DNA of 33,610 bases from Myxococcota bacterium (GTDB lineage: Bacteria; Myxococcota_A; Polyangia; Polyangiales; Houyiibacteriaceae), in assembly GCA_039030515.1 (NCBI GenBank), contig JBCCEA010000037.1:1-33610 (forward strand). The letters are read 5' to 3'. Below are positions 8,290 through 18,047 of this stretch, piece after piece. The notes under the pieces were generated by a model. The model was not told the origin of the DNA, searched no databases, and saw nothing but the letters and a program-made list of their open reading frames with translations. Within the stretch, counting starts at the first letter, position 1; every line of letters starts with the position of its first letter. The position numbers were made by a program, and so were the translations under genes.

Positions 8290-9597
8290 TCATTCTCCGG
8301 AGGTTCTCGGTTTGGTGTCCATCGGTATCGACCATTGGAGCTGCAATGCGGCGATTTTGCCGAGGGATTGTTCGAGACTTCCTTGCACTTCCGTCGTTGC
8401 GCTCATCAGCCGCTTGGTAGCGAGAACATCGCTTTGGTACTCCGCAAATAGGCTGGCTTGCTGTCCCAATACCCCGACTGAACGCTGGGTCTGGGTAAGG
8501 ATCACGAAATCACTGGGGTTTTCGCCAAGCTCTCCGCCGCGAAACAGCGTTTTTTCTACTGGACGGCGACTTCTTATGGAGTCGGTCACCTGAACCATCG
8601 GTAGATTCGAGGGGGGTTGACGTGCACTTTGCTCGTCTCGCCTTATTGGGCTCACAAACACAAGTCCACAGAAGAATCCTTGGTCGTCTACGATCGGGAC
8701 GCATCCAGTTTGCTGAGACGCCATCGTTCCCACCGCTTCGGCTGCCGCGGTGAGTGTTGCGCGTCTCTGCTCACCAACCGTCATCGTTCCGAGCGCCTCA
8801 AAACGCGACCAGAGCTGATTTATCTTGTTGTAGTAATCAAAAAGCTGGTCGACCGAGGAAGTCTCAAAGGCGCGGTAGCGTCTGCGACTAAAGGTATTGG
8901 CGGCGAACGGTCGCTCCATCGACTGCAACGCTTCGATCGCTTCAAAATCGACAGCAGGTGCTTCGCCGGCAGCGCCTCTTGCGGCGATGGCTGCTCGATC
9001 GAGAAGATCGCTCGCTTGTTCGACCGTCTCAGATGCGGTCTGAACCTCCCGGTAGATCGAGGTTCCATCGATGACCGCCTGATTGTAGAGGCGCCGGTCT
9101 GCGTTGACCGAGCCGAGCGTCGCACCGAAGAGCAAGCCTAACGCGGTCCCAAAACCGAGGAGCAGGAAATTCTTGGACCGTTTTTGTCGTCCGATCTCGG
9201 CTTCGTCGACCGCGCTCTCGTCGAGGACAATGCGCACCTCTCGAGGGCCCTGTTGGTCCGGCGCGGGCGTGGCCGCAAAGGGATCCACCGCTCTTGCAGG
9301 TCTTTGTTCTTGCTCCGATGCAGACTGCATGAAGGGAGGTGGAGCGATCTGTTGGCCTCCAGGAAGCCCTGGGATAGAGCCGCCGACGGTATGAGGCGGT
9401 ACGCCGATGCCTGGTGGGGGAAGCACACCTGGGACCTGAGGTGCGCCGGAAGGCGGGACGATTCCCCCGCTTGGACTGGACGTGCCTACGTGAGGCGCGG
9501 GCAGCGGATCCGGAGCGCCGCTGCCTGTAGAAGCCGTGCGGCCCAGACGAGCCTTTAAATCCTTGATATTTCGGGGTTTCTTGGGCTGCTCTGCCAT
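8290..9597 (-). CDS. Hypothetical bitopic membrane protein with Pro-rich N-terminus
   Basis: 435-aa ORF, GGAG RBS, Pro/Gly-rich N-terminal ~115 aa, one TM (FLLLGFGTALGLLFGATLG), helical C-terminal part. Confidence 0.85.
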   Translation of the reverse strand: MAEQPKKPRNIKDLKARLGRTASTGSGAPDPLPAPHVGTSSPSGGIVPPSGAPQVPGVLPPPGIGVPPHTVGGSIPGLPGGQQIAPPPFMQSASEQEQRPARAVDPFAATPAPDQQGPREVRIVLDESAVDEAEIGRQKRSKNFLLLGFGTALGLLFGATLGSVNADRRLYNQAVIDGTSIYREVQTASETVEQASDLLDRAAIAARGAAGEAPAVDFEAIEALQSMERPFAANTFSRRRYRAFETSSVDQLFDYYNKINQLWSRFEALGTMTVGEQRRATLTAAAEAVGTMASQQTGCVPIVDDQGFFCGLVFVSPIRRDEQSARQPPSNLPMVQVTDSIRSRRPVEKTLFRGGELGENPSDFVILTQTQRSVGVLGQQASLFAEYQSDVLATKRLMSATTEVQGSLEQSLGKIAALQLQWSIPMDTKPRTSGE

Positions 9598-9613
9598 GAT
9601 GTTCCGCTCCGTG

Positions 9614-9643
9614 AAAGTATTCCGCCGTTGATGTTACTGTCAA
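9614..9643 (-). promoter_or_regulatory. Putative sigma-70 promoter of the 9597 gene
   Basis: Minus strand reads TTGACA-18 nt-TACTTT, ending 16 nt before the ATG. Confidence 0.5.
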
Positions 9644-9738
9644 GACTTCGCCACGACACCGAGCAAACCAAGCTGCCGGGCGGCTGGAGTTGAGCCTATT
9701 GACGTTTGCTTCACGGCACGCTAACCGATGCGTTCCCG

Positions 9739-10323
9739 ATGATAGTGGTCATCGACAACTACGACTCCTTTACCTACAACCTCGTGCAGTATTTGGCGGA
9801 GCTCGGAGTTTCGGTCGAGGTCTTTCGAAACGACGAAGTGACGATCGCCCAGCTCGAACAGATGGCGCCCAAGGGTATCGTTTTAAGCCCCGGACCTGGA
9901 ACACCGACAGACGCTGGCATCTGCCTCGAGCTGATTCACGAGCTAGGACAAACCACGCCCATTCTCGGGGTGTGTCTGGGACACCAATCGATCGTGCAGG
10001 CTTATGGAGGAAACGTGATGCGTGCCGACCGATTGATGCACGGTCGCACCTCCCCGGTGGTCCATGACGGCAGTTGCATTTTTAAAGGACTACCGAGTCC
10101 GTTCACCGCAACTCGGTACCACTCTCTCATCGTTCAACGCGCTACGCTACCGGAGGTCCTCCGGATCAACGCGTGGACGGCGGAAGAGGAGATTATGGGC
10201 GTCGTACATCAGGATCGACTTGTGTGGGGAGTGCAGTTCCACCCGGAGTCTTTTTTGACGGAACATGGTCACGCGCTACTTCGGAATTGGCTTCGAGCTA
10301 TCGACGCTCGGCTTGTTCCATGA
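9739..10323 (+). CDS. trpG: Anthranilate synthase component II (class I glutamine amidotransferase)
   Basis: IDNYDSFTYNL, LSPGPG, LGVCLGHQ, RYHSL, QFHPES; upstream of trpD. Confidence 0.95.
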   Translation: MIVVIDNYDSFTYNLVQYLAELGVSVEVFRNDEVTIAQLEQMAPKGIVLSPGPGTPTDAGICLELIHELGQTTPILGVCLGHQSIVQAYGGNVMRADRLMHGRTSPVVHDGSCIFKGLPSPFTATRYHSLIVQRATLPEVLRINAWTAEEEIMGVVHQDRLVWGVQFHPESFLTEHGHALLRNWLRAIDARLVP

Positions 10324-11360
10324 CCGCTTCTCGGATTCGAGAGGTCCTTGAAGCGCTGCTGAACGGTCAAGACCTCGCGCGGGAGTCGATGGAAGAACTG
10401 ATGCATGCGATTCTTCGAGGCCAGGTGACGATCGCGCAGCTTGCGGGCATTTCTGTGGCGCTGAGAATAAAGGGAGAGACCTCGACAGAGCTTGCCGCCG
10501 CAGCTCGGGTCATGCGGCAGCATGGGGTTCAGGTCTCGCTCAAGACTCCGGGGCCACTGCTCGACACGGCGGGTACCGGTGGTGACGGGGTGGGTTCGTT
10601 CAACCTCTCTACCGCTGCCGCGTTGGTCGCGGCCGCCTGCGGGATCACCGTGGCGAAGCACGGCAACCGGGCCGTTTCGTCAAGATCCGGTAGTGCTGAT
10701 TTCCTTGAGGCGCTTGGGGTTCGTCTGGAGGTGCCGCCAGCGCAGTTACAAACGTCTATCGAGACCGCGGGCATCGCGTTCCTGCACGCACCGGCGCATC
10801 ATCAGGCCTTACGTCACGCGGCGCCGATGCGCCGGGACCTGGGAGTGCGAACCTTCTTCAATCTACTCGGACCTCTAAGCAATCCCGCTCGGGCATCTCA
10901 TCAGCTGGTCGGAGTTTATGACGCGAGCCGCACGCGGCAGATGGCCGAGGTCCTTCAAATGCTCGGCCTCGTGCGAGCTTGGGTAGTCCACGGCTTTGGC
11001 GGACTCGACGAGGTCTCCCCCAGCGGTCCAACTCAGATCGCCGAGTTAAGTGAAGGCCAGATCCGGCAGTTTACTTGTGTTCCAGAGGATTTCGGTCTTG
11101 AAACCAAACCGATCGAGATCCTGAGAGGCGGGGATGCCGCCTGGAACGCGTCTCTGATGCATCGCCTGGCGGAGGGAGAAGACGTCGAGGTTCGTCCTGC
11201 CGTGCTACTCAACGCGGCGGCGGCCCTGGTGGTCGCTCGGCCGGAACTCGAATGGAAAGACGCTACAGCCCTTGCGCAACAAGCTCTTGACGACGGATCC
11301 GTGCTTCGTACCCTTCAGCGGTGGGTGTCTTGCACGAACGCAGCAAGAGACTTCTCATGA
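10320..11360 (+). CDS. trpD: Anthranilate phosphoribosyltransferase
   Basis: GTGGD, FNLST, KHGNRAVSSRSGSAD, RTFFNLLGPLSNP, GLDE; ATGA overlap with trpG. Confidence 0.96.
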   Translation: MTASRIREVLEALLNGQDLARESMEELMHAILRGQVTIAQLAGISVALRIKGETSTELAAAARVMRQHGVQVSLKTPGPLLDTAGTGGDGVGSFNLSTAAALVAAACGITVAKHGNRAVSSRSGSADFLEALGVRLEVPPAQLQTSIETAGIAFLHAPAHHQALRHAAPMRRDLGVRTFFNLLGPLSNPARASHQLVGVYDASRTRQMAEVLQMLGLVRAWVVHGFGGLDEVSPSGPTQIAELSEGQIRQFTCVPEDFGLETKPIEILRGGDAAWNASLMHRLAEGEDVEVRPAVLLNAAAALVVARPELEWKDATALAQQALDDGSVLRTLQRWVSCTNAARDFS

Positions 11361-12229
11361 AGCGACCCGAGGCGAGCGCCGTGTTTCTCGATGAGATTCT
11401 CGCCCGGAAAAAGCGAGAGGTTGCACGTCGTTTGAGGCATCGTGAGGACCGCGCTCGTACATCCAGTGCGTCGTCCTTCGACAATTCGCCTGCCGGTCGA
11501 TCATCAGACGGCACTTCGATGCCCAGTGCCCCGGTTGCCCCTCTACAAGCGAGCGATGTGCTCACGCGTTTGCGTCGTCCTCCGGGAGCGCAACTTCGAG
11601 TGGTTGCAGAGATCAAGTTTCGTAGTCCCAGTGCTGGTGAGATACGCAGGCGTCTGCCGGGCTCGATCGTCAACCTCACCCGAAGCTACACCGAAGGCGG
11701 GGCTGCGGCGATCAGTGTGCTTGCGGACGGTCCCGGTTTCGGCGGCACTCCTCTCGATCTCCGTCGGGCGGCGGGAGCCACCTCCTTACCTTTGCTTTTC
11801 AAAGAGTTTGTCCTGAGTCCGGTGCAGGTCGAACTTGCGGCCTCGATGGGGGCTTCGATGGTTTTGCTCCTCGTTCGGGCGATCCCGGTCTCCTTGCTTC
11901 ATGAGCTCTGTGCCTGCGTGCGTTCGTTCGGCATGGAGCCAGTGGTCGAAGCCGCAGATCGTAGGGAGCTTGAAGCTGCACTTCGAACTGAGGCTGAACT
12001 CATCGGGATCAATGCACGCGACCTGCAGACTTTTTCGGTCGATCTCGATTTGGCAGCGGAGGCGCTCGAGACGCTCGACGAGAGCCGAATCGCGATCTTC
12101 ATGAGTGGCGTGCGGTCCGCTCAGGACTTCGAACGTATCGCTCAGACCCGGGCCGATGCCGTATTGATCGGAGAAGGGTTGATGCGTGCTGAGGATCCGG
12201 GAGCGCGTTTGCAGCGTTGGCTCGCCTAG
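11357..12229 (+). CDS. trpC: Indole-3-glycerol phosphate synthase
   Basis: AEIKFRSPSAG, ISVL, GINARDL, AVLIGEGLM; ATGA overlap with trpD. Confidence 0.93.
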   Translation: MKRPEASAVFLDEILARKKREVARRLRHREDRARTSSASSFDNSPAGRSSDGTSMPSAPVAPLQASDVLTRLRRPPGAQLRVVAEIKFRSPSAGEIRRRLPGSIVNLTRSYTEGGAAAISVLADGPGFGGTPLDLRRAAGATSLPLLFKEFVLSPVQVELAASMGASMVLLLVRAIPVSLLHELCACVRSFGMEPVVEAADRRELEAALRTEAELIGINARDLQTFSVDLDLAAEALETLDESRIAIFMSGVRSAQDFERIAQTRADAVLIGEGLMRAEDPGARLQRWLA

Positions 12230-12281
12230 GATTCATCCTTCGCGCCGCTCTCAGGACGCGGTCTCCTCAACCTAATCCGGC

Positions 12282-13901
12282 CTAACCAAGGCCAAGGCCC
12301 GAATAGACTTGCCTAGAGGTGTCCTGCCGGTCCGCACCGGAGCATTCGGTGTTCGCCGGTTGAAACTGAATAGTGAATTCGGACCCTTTTCCGGGCTCGC
12401 TACGGATGTCGATGGTGGCTCCATGGGCATCGATGATCTGCTTTACGATCGTGAGACCGAGCCCCATCCCATGAGGCCTTGTGCTGTGGTAGGTCTCAAA
12501 AAGCCTCTCTTTTGTGGATTCCTCGATGCCTTCGCCCTCGTCGCTGATACGAACCGACGGAACAGCGTCATCGTAGAACGCTTCAACCAGTACCCTTCCT
12601 CCACTGCTTGAAGCTTGGATCGCATTCTTGATCAGGTTCCAAAGGACTTGACGCATTTGGTCCCCGTCGACACGTGCCCACACCTCTGCGCTGTGGCCGG
12701 ATTGGCTTGTGCAGGCGACCGTTCCGGGGAACGTGATCCCTTTTCGGGTCATCTCGACCACCTCTGCGGATAGTTGGGTAAGGTTCGTGATGCGGGCATC
12801 GGGTGGACTCGGGCGTCCAGCGTATAGGATTGTACCGACAAGATCGTCGAGTCGATCTACCTCTCGTAAAACCGTGGAAAGCAGCTGCCGGTCCTCGTTG
12901 CTTACGTGCAGCCCATCGCGAACCAGTTCGACGCAGCCACGGATCGCTCCGAGGGGATTGCGTACTTCGTGGGCCAAACCGGCGGCAAGTCGTCCGAGCG
13001 CCGCCAGCTTCTCTGCCTTTTCGGCTTGTTGTTTTAGTTCACGCACTTGAGTCAGGTCCTGAAACGAGATCAGCTGCCCAGTGCTGGCTCCTTGCCCGTC
13101 GAGAAGGGGTGTCTTCGTGAATCCGACGGGGAAACGATGGCCGTTCGGGCTTTGTGCAAGACCTTCTCCCCGAGGTTGATCTTGCAGAGGCTGGTGCGCC
13201 TCCGGGAGAATCTCGCGTAGCGAGGCTCCGACCAGGCATTTCTGGTCGGTGGCGAACATTTCAAGCCCCGCTTCATTGATCATTTCAACACGTCCGTCGA
13301 GGCTCGTAGTCAGCAAGCCGGAACGGATTGAACGGACGATGTTGTCGTTGAGCCGTTCTAGTTTTTTGACGTCGGCAGTGGCTTGACGAAGCGCTCCTCC
13401 AGCACGGCTCAGCCGGTAGGACAGGGACCCGGCAAGGACTGCGACGAGGGAAAGGCCGAGGCAGTTTGATAGCGCTGCAAAAGCCAACTCCCCACTTCGG
13501 AGCTCGTAGAGCGCGGGGGACTGGTCGGGAGGTATCGGGAGCGCCTCGCTCGCCAGTGCGAACCCTAGGCTGGCGTAAAGAAACAGGGCCGCCATCGCGG
13601 TGTAGAGTGTCCACCGCGGACCGACGAACAAGGTTCCTAAGATGATGATGATTCCATAGAGAAAGGTGAGCGCGGAACCGATCCCGCCGGTCACGTACAC
13701 TACTAAGGTGACCAGCACTAAATCGCATACGATTTGAAGGGAGGCGATCACCTTCGAAGGGATGCCTTTGTGCACTGCAAACGTAAAAACGAGAGAAGCT
13801 ACGTAGGTGCAGGTGGTTGCTGCAACGAGAAGCCGGGGAGTAAACGAGTCCACGTCCCCGTTCGAGACGATGAAGAGCCCTCCGAGGAAGATCGACACCA
13901 C
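12282..13901 (-). CDS. pilS: PilS-like PAS sensor histidine kinase (true start may lie upstream)
   Basis: Several N-terminal TMs, PAS-like region, H-box LAHEVRNPL, N-box NLIKNA, DEGEG, GMGLGL; directly downstream of pilC as in myxobacterial pil loci. Confidence 0.85.
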   Translation of the reverse strand: MVSIFLGGLFIVSNGDVDSFTPRLLVAATTCTYVASLVFTFAVHKGIPSKVIASLQIVCDLVLVTLVVYVTGGIGSALTFLYGIIIILGTLFVGPRWTLYTAMAALFLYASLGFALASEALPIPPDQSPALYELRSGELAFAALSNCLGLSLVAVLAGSLSYRLSRAGGALRQATADVKKLERLNDNIVRSIRSGLLTTSLDGRVEMINEAGLEMFATDQKCLVGASLREILPEAHQPLQDQPRGEGLAQSPNGHRFPVGFTKTPLLDGQGASTGQLISFQDLTQVRELKQQAEKAEKLAALGRLAAGLAHEVRNPLGAIRGCVELVRDGLHVSNEDRQLLSTVLREVDRLDDLVGTILYAGRPSPPDARITNLTQLSAEVVEMTRKGITFPGTVACTSQSGHSAEVWARVDGDQMRQVLWNLIKNAIQASSSGGRVLVEAFYDDAVPSVRISDEGEGIEESTKERLFETYHSTRPHGMGLGLTIVKQIIDAHGATIDIRSEPGKGSEFTIQFQPANTECSGADRQDTSRQVYSGLGLG

Positions 13902-13998
13902 CGCCAGTCGACAAACGACGAGGCGATGAAGCCATCGATCGAGTGGAACCTCATCGCCCAGGGAGGAGACTGCATCGCCGACTACGACGCGAATACCT

Positions 13999-15210
13999 TC
14001 AGTGATCGGATACCTTGCCGGCGATAGAGAAGATAGGCAGATACATCGCGATGAGCATCACGCCCACGACCCCGCCGATGAAGACCATCATCAGTGGCTC
14101 GAGGAGCGAGGTGAGGGCTGCGACCGCAACGTCGACCTCATCTTCGTAGAAGTCTGCGATCTTGTTGAGCATCTGATCTAAAGCGCCTGTCTGTTCGCCC
14201 ACTCCGATCATTTGCACCACCATACCCGGGAAGATCTTGGTTTCCGCCAGGGGCTCTGCCATGGTGCGCCCTTCTCGGATGCGGTCGGCGGTACGGTTGA
14301 TCCCCGCTTCGACGACGACGTTTCCCGCGGCCTTACCGACGATGGTCATCGCCTCGAGGATCGGAACGCCGGAACTCAAAAGGGTACCCAAGGTGCGGGT
14401 AAAGCGAGCCACCGCGATTTTACGCATGACCGGACCGATGATGGGCGCGGTCAGGAAGAGCCGATGAAAAAATTCCTTACCCGCTTTCGTCCGGTAGGCG
14501 TAGGACGTCGCGGTGCTGATCATGCCACCGACGAGTAGTATGAGGTACCAGTTACCCATGAACCAGTCCGACATCGCGACAACGTACTGGGTCAGTTTGG
14601 GCAGTTGATCTTCGCCTCCGAAGTCGGCAAACATGGCGGTAAAAGCGGGGATAACCCAAGTGAGCATCACCACGATCACGAGGATGGCGACCCCGAGCAC
14701 TGAAACGGGGTAGACAAGGGCTCCCTTGACCTGCCTTGCGAGTTTGACGCGCTTTTCGATGTAGATCGCGAGACGATTCAGAATCGTATCCAAGATACCG
14801 CCCACCTCGCCTGCTGCGACTAGGTTTACGTAGAGTTCATCGAAGACCTTGGGGTGTTTGCGCAGCGCCTCCGAGAAGGTCCCTCCCTGCTCGACATAGC
14901 CTTTGACATCTTTTTGCATTTTGGCGAAGGCTTTGTTTTCCGATTGCGCGCCAAGAATCTCGAGGCACTGCACCAACGGAAGCCCTGCGTCGATCATGGT
15001 GGCAAACTGCCGGGTGAACACGACGAGCTCTTTCGAAGTGACCGGTGCGCCGAAGGTGATGTTTAACTCGGCCGGCTTTTTCTTTACTTTGACCGGGCTA
15101 AGCTTTTGAGCCCTTAAGCGTCCCTGTACGAGCTCCGCATTTTCCGCTTCCATAACGCCCTTGCGGACTTCCCCCGTCGGAGCGCGTGCCTCCCATACCC
15201 ATTCCGCCAT
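13999..15210 (-). CDS. pilC: Type IV pilus inner-membrane platform protein PilC (GspF family)
   Basis: FTRQFATMIDAGLPL, AGEVGGILD, VGEQTGALDQML, LLEPL, AMYLPIF; GGAGG RBS. Confidence 0.96.
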   Translation of the reverse strand: MAEWVWEARAPTGEVRKGVMEAENAELVQGRLRAQKLSPVKVKKKPAELNITFGAPVTSKELVVFTRQFATMIDAGLPLVQCLEILGAQSENKAFAKMQKDVKGYVEQGGTFSEALRKHPKVFDELYVNLVAAGEVGGILDTILNRLAIYIEKRVKLARQVKGALVYPVSVLGVAILVIVVMLTWVIPAFTAMFADFGGEDQLPKLTQYVVAMSDWFMGNWYLILLVGGMISTATSYAYRTKAGKEFFHRLFLTAPIIGPVMRKIAVARFTRTLGTLLSSGVPILEAMTIVGKAAGNVVVEAGINRTADRIREGRTMAEPLAETKIFPGMVVQMIGVGEQTGALDQMLNKIADFYEDEVDVAVAALTSLLEPLMMVFIGGVVGVMLIAMYLPIFSIAGKVSDH

Positions 15211-15265
15211 TAGGCCTCCAGGATGTTTCGACTATCGTAGTCTATGGATTCCAAATTGGTCAAAG

Positions 15266-15295
15266 CTCCCAGAATTTTTCTATATATTCTAGGAG
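15266..15295. terminator. AT-rich hairpin between pilT and pilC (possible terminator or attenuator)
   Basis: ctcccagaat-N10-attctaggag, 9 of 10 positions complementary, in an unusually AT-rich spacer. Confidence 0.35.
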
Positions 15296-15337
15296 TTTGG
15301 CTCGGTGTGAGGGTTCGATGCACCGCTTCAATATCGG

Positions 15338-16453
15338 TCAACCGCCTGCGGGAGCAGCCCAGTTCGGTAGCTTTTGCTGAGATTTGATCATGGTCTGCAA
15401 TTCGAGGGGATCAGGCGACCGGCTGAGTGCAGTCTCCACATCGACATAGTTGAGCTTACAGAGCGCATACAGAGATTGATTCATGGTTTGCATTCCCGAA
15501 GAGCCCTGCCCAGCCTGCATGGTGCCGTAAATTTGGTGGATTTTATTTTCGCGAATCAGATTTCGAATGGCCGCATTCGGAATCATCACTTCCGCTGCAA
15601 GAGCTCTCCCATTGCTGTTTAGTTTTGGTAGCAGCATTTGGGTGACTACCGCGCGTAGAGAGAACGACAGTTGGGCGCGCACCTGGTTTTGCTGATGTGG
15701 AGGAAAGACATCTACGATGCGGTTGATCGATTGGACTGCACCGTCGGTGTGAAGGGTTGCGAATACAAGATGGCCTGTCTCTGAGATCGTTAGCGCAGCT
15801 TCAATAGTCTCTAGGTCCCGCATTTCACCGATGAGTACGATATCCGGATCCTGTCTTAAGATAGCCCGTAATGCGTCGCTGAATGATTCAGTATCCATCC
15901 CAATTTCGCGTTGGTTAACGACGCACATTTTGTTGCGATGAAGATACTCGATAGGATCTTCCACGGTGATGATGTGCTGGCGCCGTTCTTCGTTGATCTT
16001 GTCGATCATTGCCGCAAGCGTGGTCGACTTGCCCGATCCCGTCGGTCCGGTAACGAGGAGGAGTCCCTGCGGAATATTGGTGATTTCAGAAACTACTTTC
16101 GGCAGGCCAAGTTCATCTAAGCTCCGGATGCGAAAAGGAATTGCTCGGAAGGCTCCCGCAACGGCCCCGCGCTGCATAAAGCAGTTCGCCCGAAATCTTG
16201 AAAGTCCACGCACTCCAAATGAAAAGTCGATTTCACTGTGCTTTTCGAATTTGATCTTTTGTTCTTCCGTTAGGACTTCGTAACAGAGTGATTTGGTCTG
16301 AACCGGTGATAGAGGCTCGGTTTTGAGCGGTGCGAGGTCGCCATCGATTCGCAGTTGAGGCGGCGAAGCACTGGTGATGTGCAGGTCGGACGCGCCTCGA
16401 TCCACCATCACGCGGAGTAGTTGTCGAAGGGACAACTGGGAGCCTTCAGCCAT
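15338..16453 (-). CDS. pilT: Type IV pilus retraction ATPase PilT
   Basis: ASDLHI, Walker A GPTGSGKSTT, EDPIE, Walker B LIGEMRD, His box TGHLVFATLH, AIRNLIRE. Confidence 0.97.
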   Translation of the reverse strand: MAEGSQLSLRQLLRVMVDRGASDLHITSASPPQLRIDGDLAPLKTEPLSPVQTKSLCYEVLTEEQKIKFEKHSEIDFSFGVRGLSRFRANCFMQRGAVAGAFRAIPFRIRSLDELGLPKVVSEITNIPQGLLLVTGPTGSGKSTTLAAMIDKINEERRQHIITVEDPIEYLHRNKMCVVNQREIGMDTESFSDALRAILRQDPDIVLIGEMRDLETIEAALTISETGHLVFATLHTDGAVQSINRIVDVFPPHQQNQVRAQLSFSLRAVVTQMLLPKLNSNGRALAAEVMIPNAAIRNLIRENKIHQIYGTMQAGQGSSGMQTMNQSLYALCKLNYVDVETALSRSPDPLELQTMIKSQQKLPNWAAPAGG

Positions 16454-16511
16454 GCTGTCAAGACTACCACTAGCGCGAGAAAAAGGGGGACGGGCTACCT
16501 AGCCGAATGCG

Positions 16512-18047
16512 CTACAGCTCTACCCGGGTCCAGAGTCCTCGCCGCATCCAGTCTTTTTTCGAGTCTGCTTTCGTTACGATGCGAGCTGCTGTCCAAGCCG
16601 CTAGAAAACGCCCTTCGGTCCCAAAACCCGGTACGACCTGCGCGTTACAGAACATCAGTCGCCTAATGGGCGTGCGCACGGGCAGGGCACAGGCTCCGAG
16701 TGGTCCGAGCAAAGGGAAACTGCTGATACCTTCCATGGTGTGCGGACCGCGCGTCCAAGGCTGTTCCGATGCCACCGATCGGTTGTTGCGTGTGTCCTGT
16801 GCATCCCGAGCATCGTGAGGCGAATCTACCCAACGTAGATGGTTGTCGAGGAACGGAATCAGCTGACGCAGTGAAGTCAGCACTCGCTCTCGCGCCTGAT
16901 CGCGATACTCCGCCACCCCTTCCATGCCCCGACGATTCATCAGGGTTTCGATGCAGAGCAAATGGGTTCCGCTTGCCAGTTCGGACCGTTCGATGTGTAG
17001 AAGGTTGTCCTCTACTCTCGGTTTTGAAGTGTCGCGGATCATGTAGACTCGCTGACCCATTCCCTCCGGTATTCCATCCGCATCGAGCACGACGTTGACC
17101 GTATACCGATCGTACGCCGTCTGAGGCTCACCCAATCGCTCAAGTTGCTCTTCGAAGGAACCTCGATTCGGTACCAGTGAGAGCAGAGAGGCGAGCTGGC
17201 AGTTCGCGATAACGAAGCCACAGCCGATTTCACCCTCTACTCCTTTGAGCTGAACAGCGTGCACAGCGCCTCGGCGCAGTAGAATTCGATCGACTCGATC
17301 CTGGCTTCGCACCTCTCCGGTGCAGCTGCCGATTTTTTGCAGCAATTCGCCATAGAGCCAGCGTGTTCCACCGCGCAGGCTGCCCGGACCGTGTAGCCAA
17401 TGTCCATACGCTCGATATCGGGTGTAGGGGCCTATTTGATCGGGATCGAGATCGGTGAGGAAGCGTACCGGAGCATCGACCATCATTCGGAACGGATGAC
17501 GCTCTGAAAACTCCCCAAACGGTTCTTTGCTGAGACAGTCCGCTTGATTCAAGTCGAGGTCGGAGCTTGCCTTTGAAAACTCTCGCTTTTCAAAGAACGA
17601 CTCCGGTGGCCAAACGAGATCCTTGCTGAGCATCCCGTCGAGGATGCGCTGGACGCACTGGCAAGCTTTGTGGAACTCCTCGACGGGTCGTTTGACCTCC
17701 GGGAACTCCCTGTCGATCTCTCGCTCCAAATCCGTATCGTTCTTTGAGAAGTCAAATCGGCGTTCTGGCAGCACGACCTGCATCGAAGGATCGGGAAATT
17801 CCATGCGTCGCCGAAACGACTGGAATAGGGCAAGCTCTCGCAAAACCCTCTGAACGACCGGGGAACTCATCGCGATGATCGGATTTGGGCTCCGTGGCAG
17901 CGACATTCCGTTCAGTTCATACCAGGGGGGCGAATCTCCGTGTCCAACCACCAGGATCCGAAATCCGCGTTTGGCGAGCAGAGATGCGACGAGCAGCCCT
18001 TCCAGCTTCATCCCTATCACGACCACGTCAAAGTAGTTGGTGGGCAT
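16512..18047 (-). CDS. Phytoene-dehydrogenase-like flavoprotein-fold protein with atypical dinucleotide motif
   Basis: N-terminal FDVVVIG..GLLVASLLAKRG Rossmann-type unit, GSLRGG segment, C-terminal VVPGFG.EG..LAA; TAATG overlap with purN. Confidence 0.75.
   Translation of the reverse strand: MPTNYFDVVVIGMKLEGLLVASLLAKRGFRILVVGHGDSPPWYELNGMSLPRSPNPIIAMSSPVVQRVLRELALFQSFRRRMEFPDPSMQVVLPERRFDFSKNDTDLEREIDREFPEVKRPVEEFHKACQCVQRILDGMLSKDLVWPPESFFEKREFSKASSDLDLNQADCLSKEPFGEFSERHPFRMMVDAPVRFLTDLDPDQIGPYTRYRAYGHWLHGPGSLRGGTRWLYGELLQKIGSCTGEVRSQDRVDRILLRRGAVHAVQLKGVEGEIGCGFVIANCQLASLLSLVPNRGSFEEQLERLGEPQTAYDRYTVNVVLDADGIPEGMGQRVYMIRDTSKPRVEDNLLHIERSELASGTHLLCIETLMNRRGMEGVAEYRDQARERVLTSLRQLIPFLDNHLRWVDSPHDARDAQDTRNNRSVASEQPWTRGPHTMEGISSFPLLGPLGACALPVRTPIRRLMFCNAQVVPGFGTEGRFLAAWTAARIVTKADSKKDWMRRGLWTRVEL

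Noticed and set aside
9739..12229. trpG-trpD-trpC without trpE, trpF, trpB or trpA as a novelty
   Set aside because: Split trp operons with a trpGDC block are common; I saw no leader peptide or attenuator.
16456..16461. Perfect TTGACA upstream of pilT as a -35 box
   Set aside because: It ends 2 nt before the ATG, leaving no room for a -10 box or transcription start.
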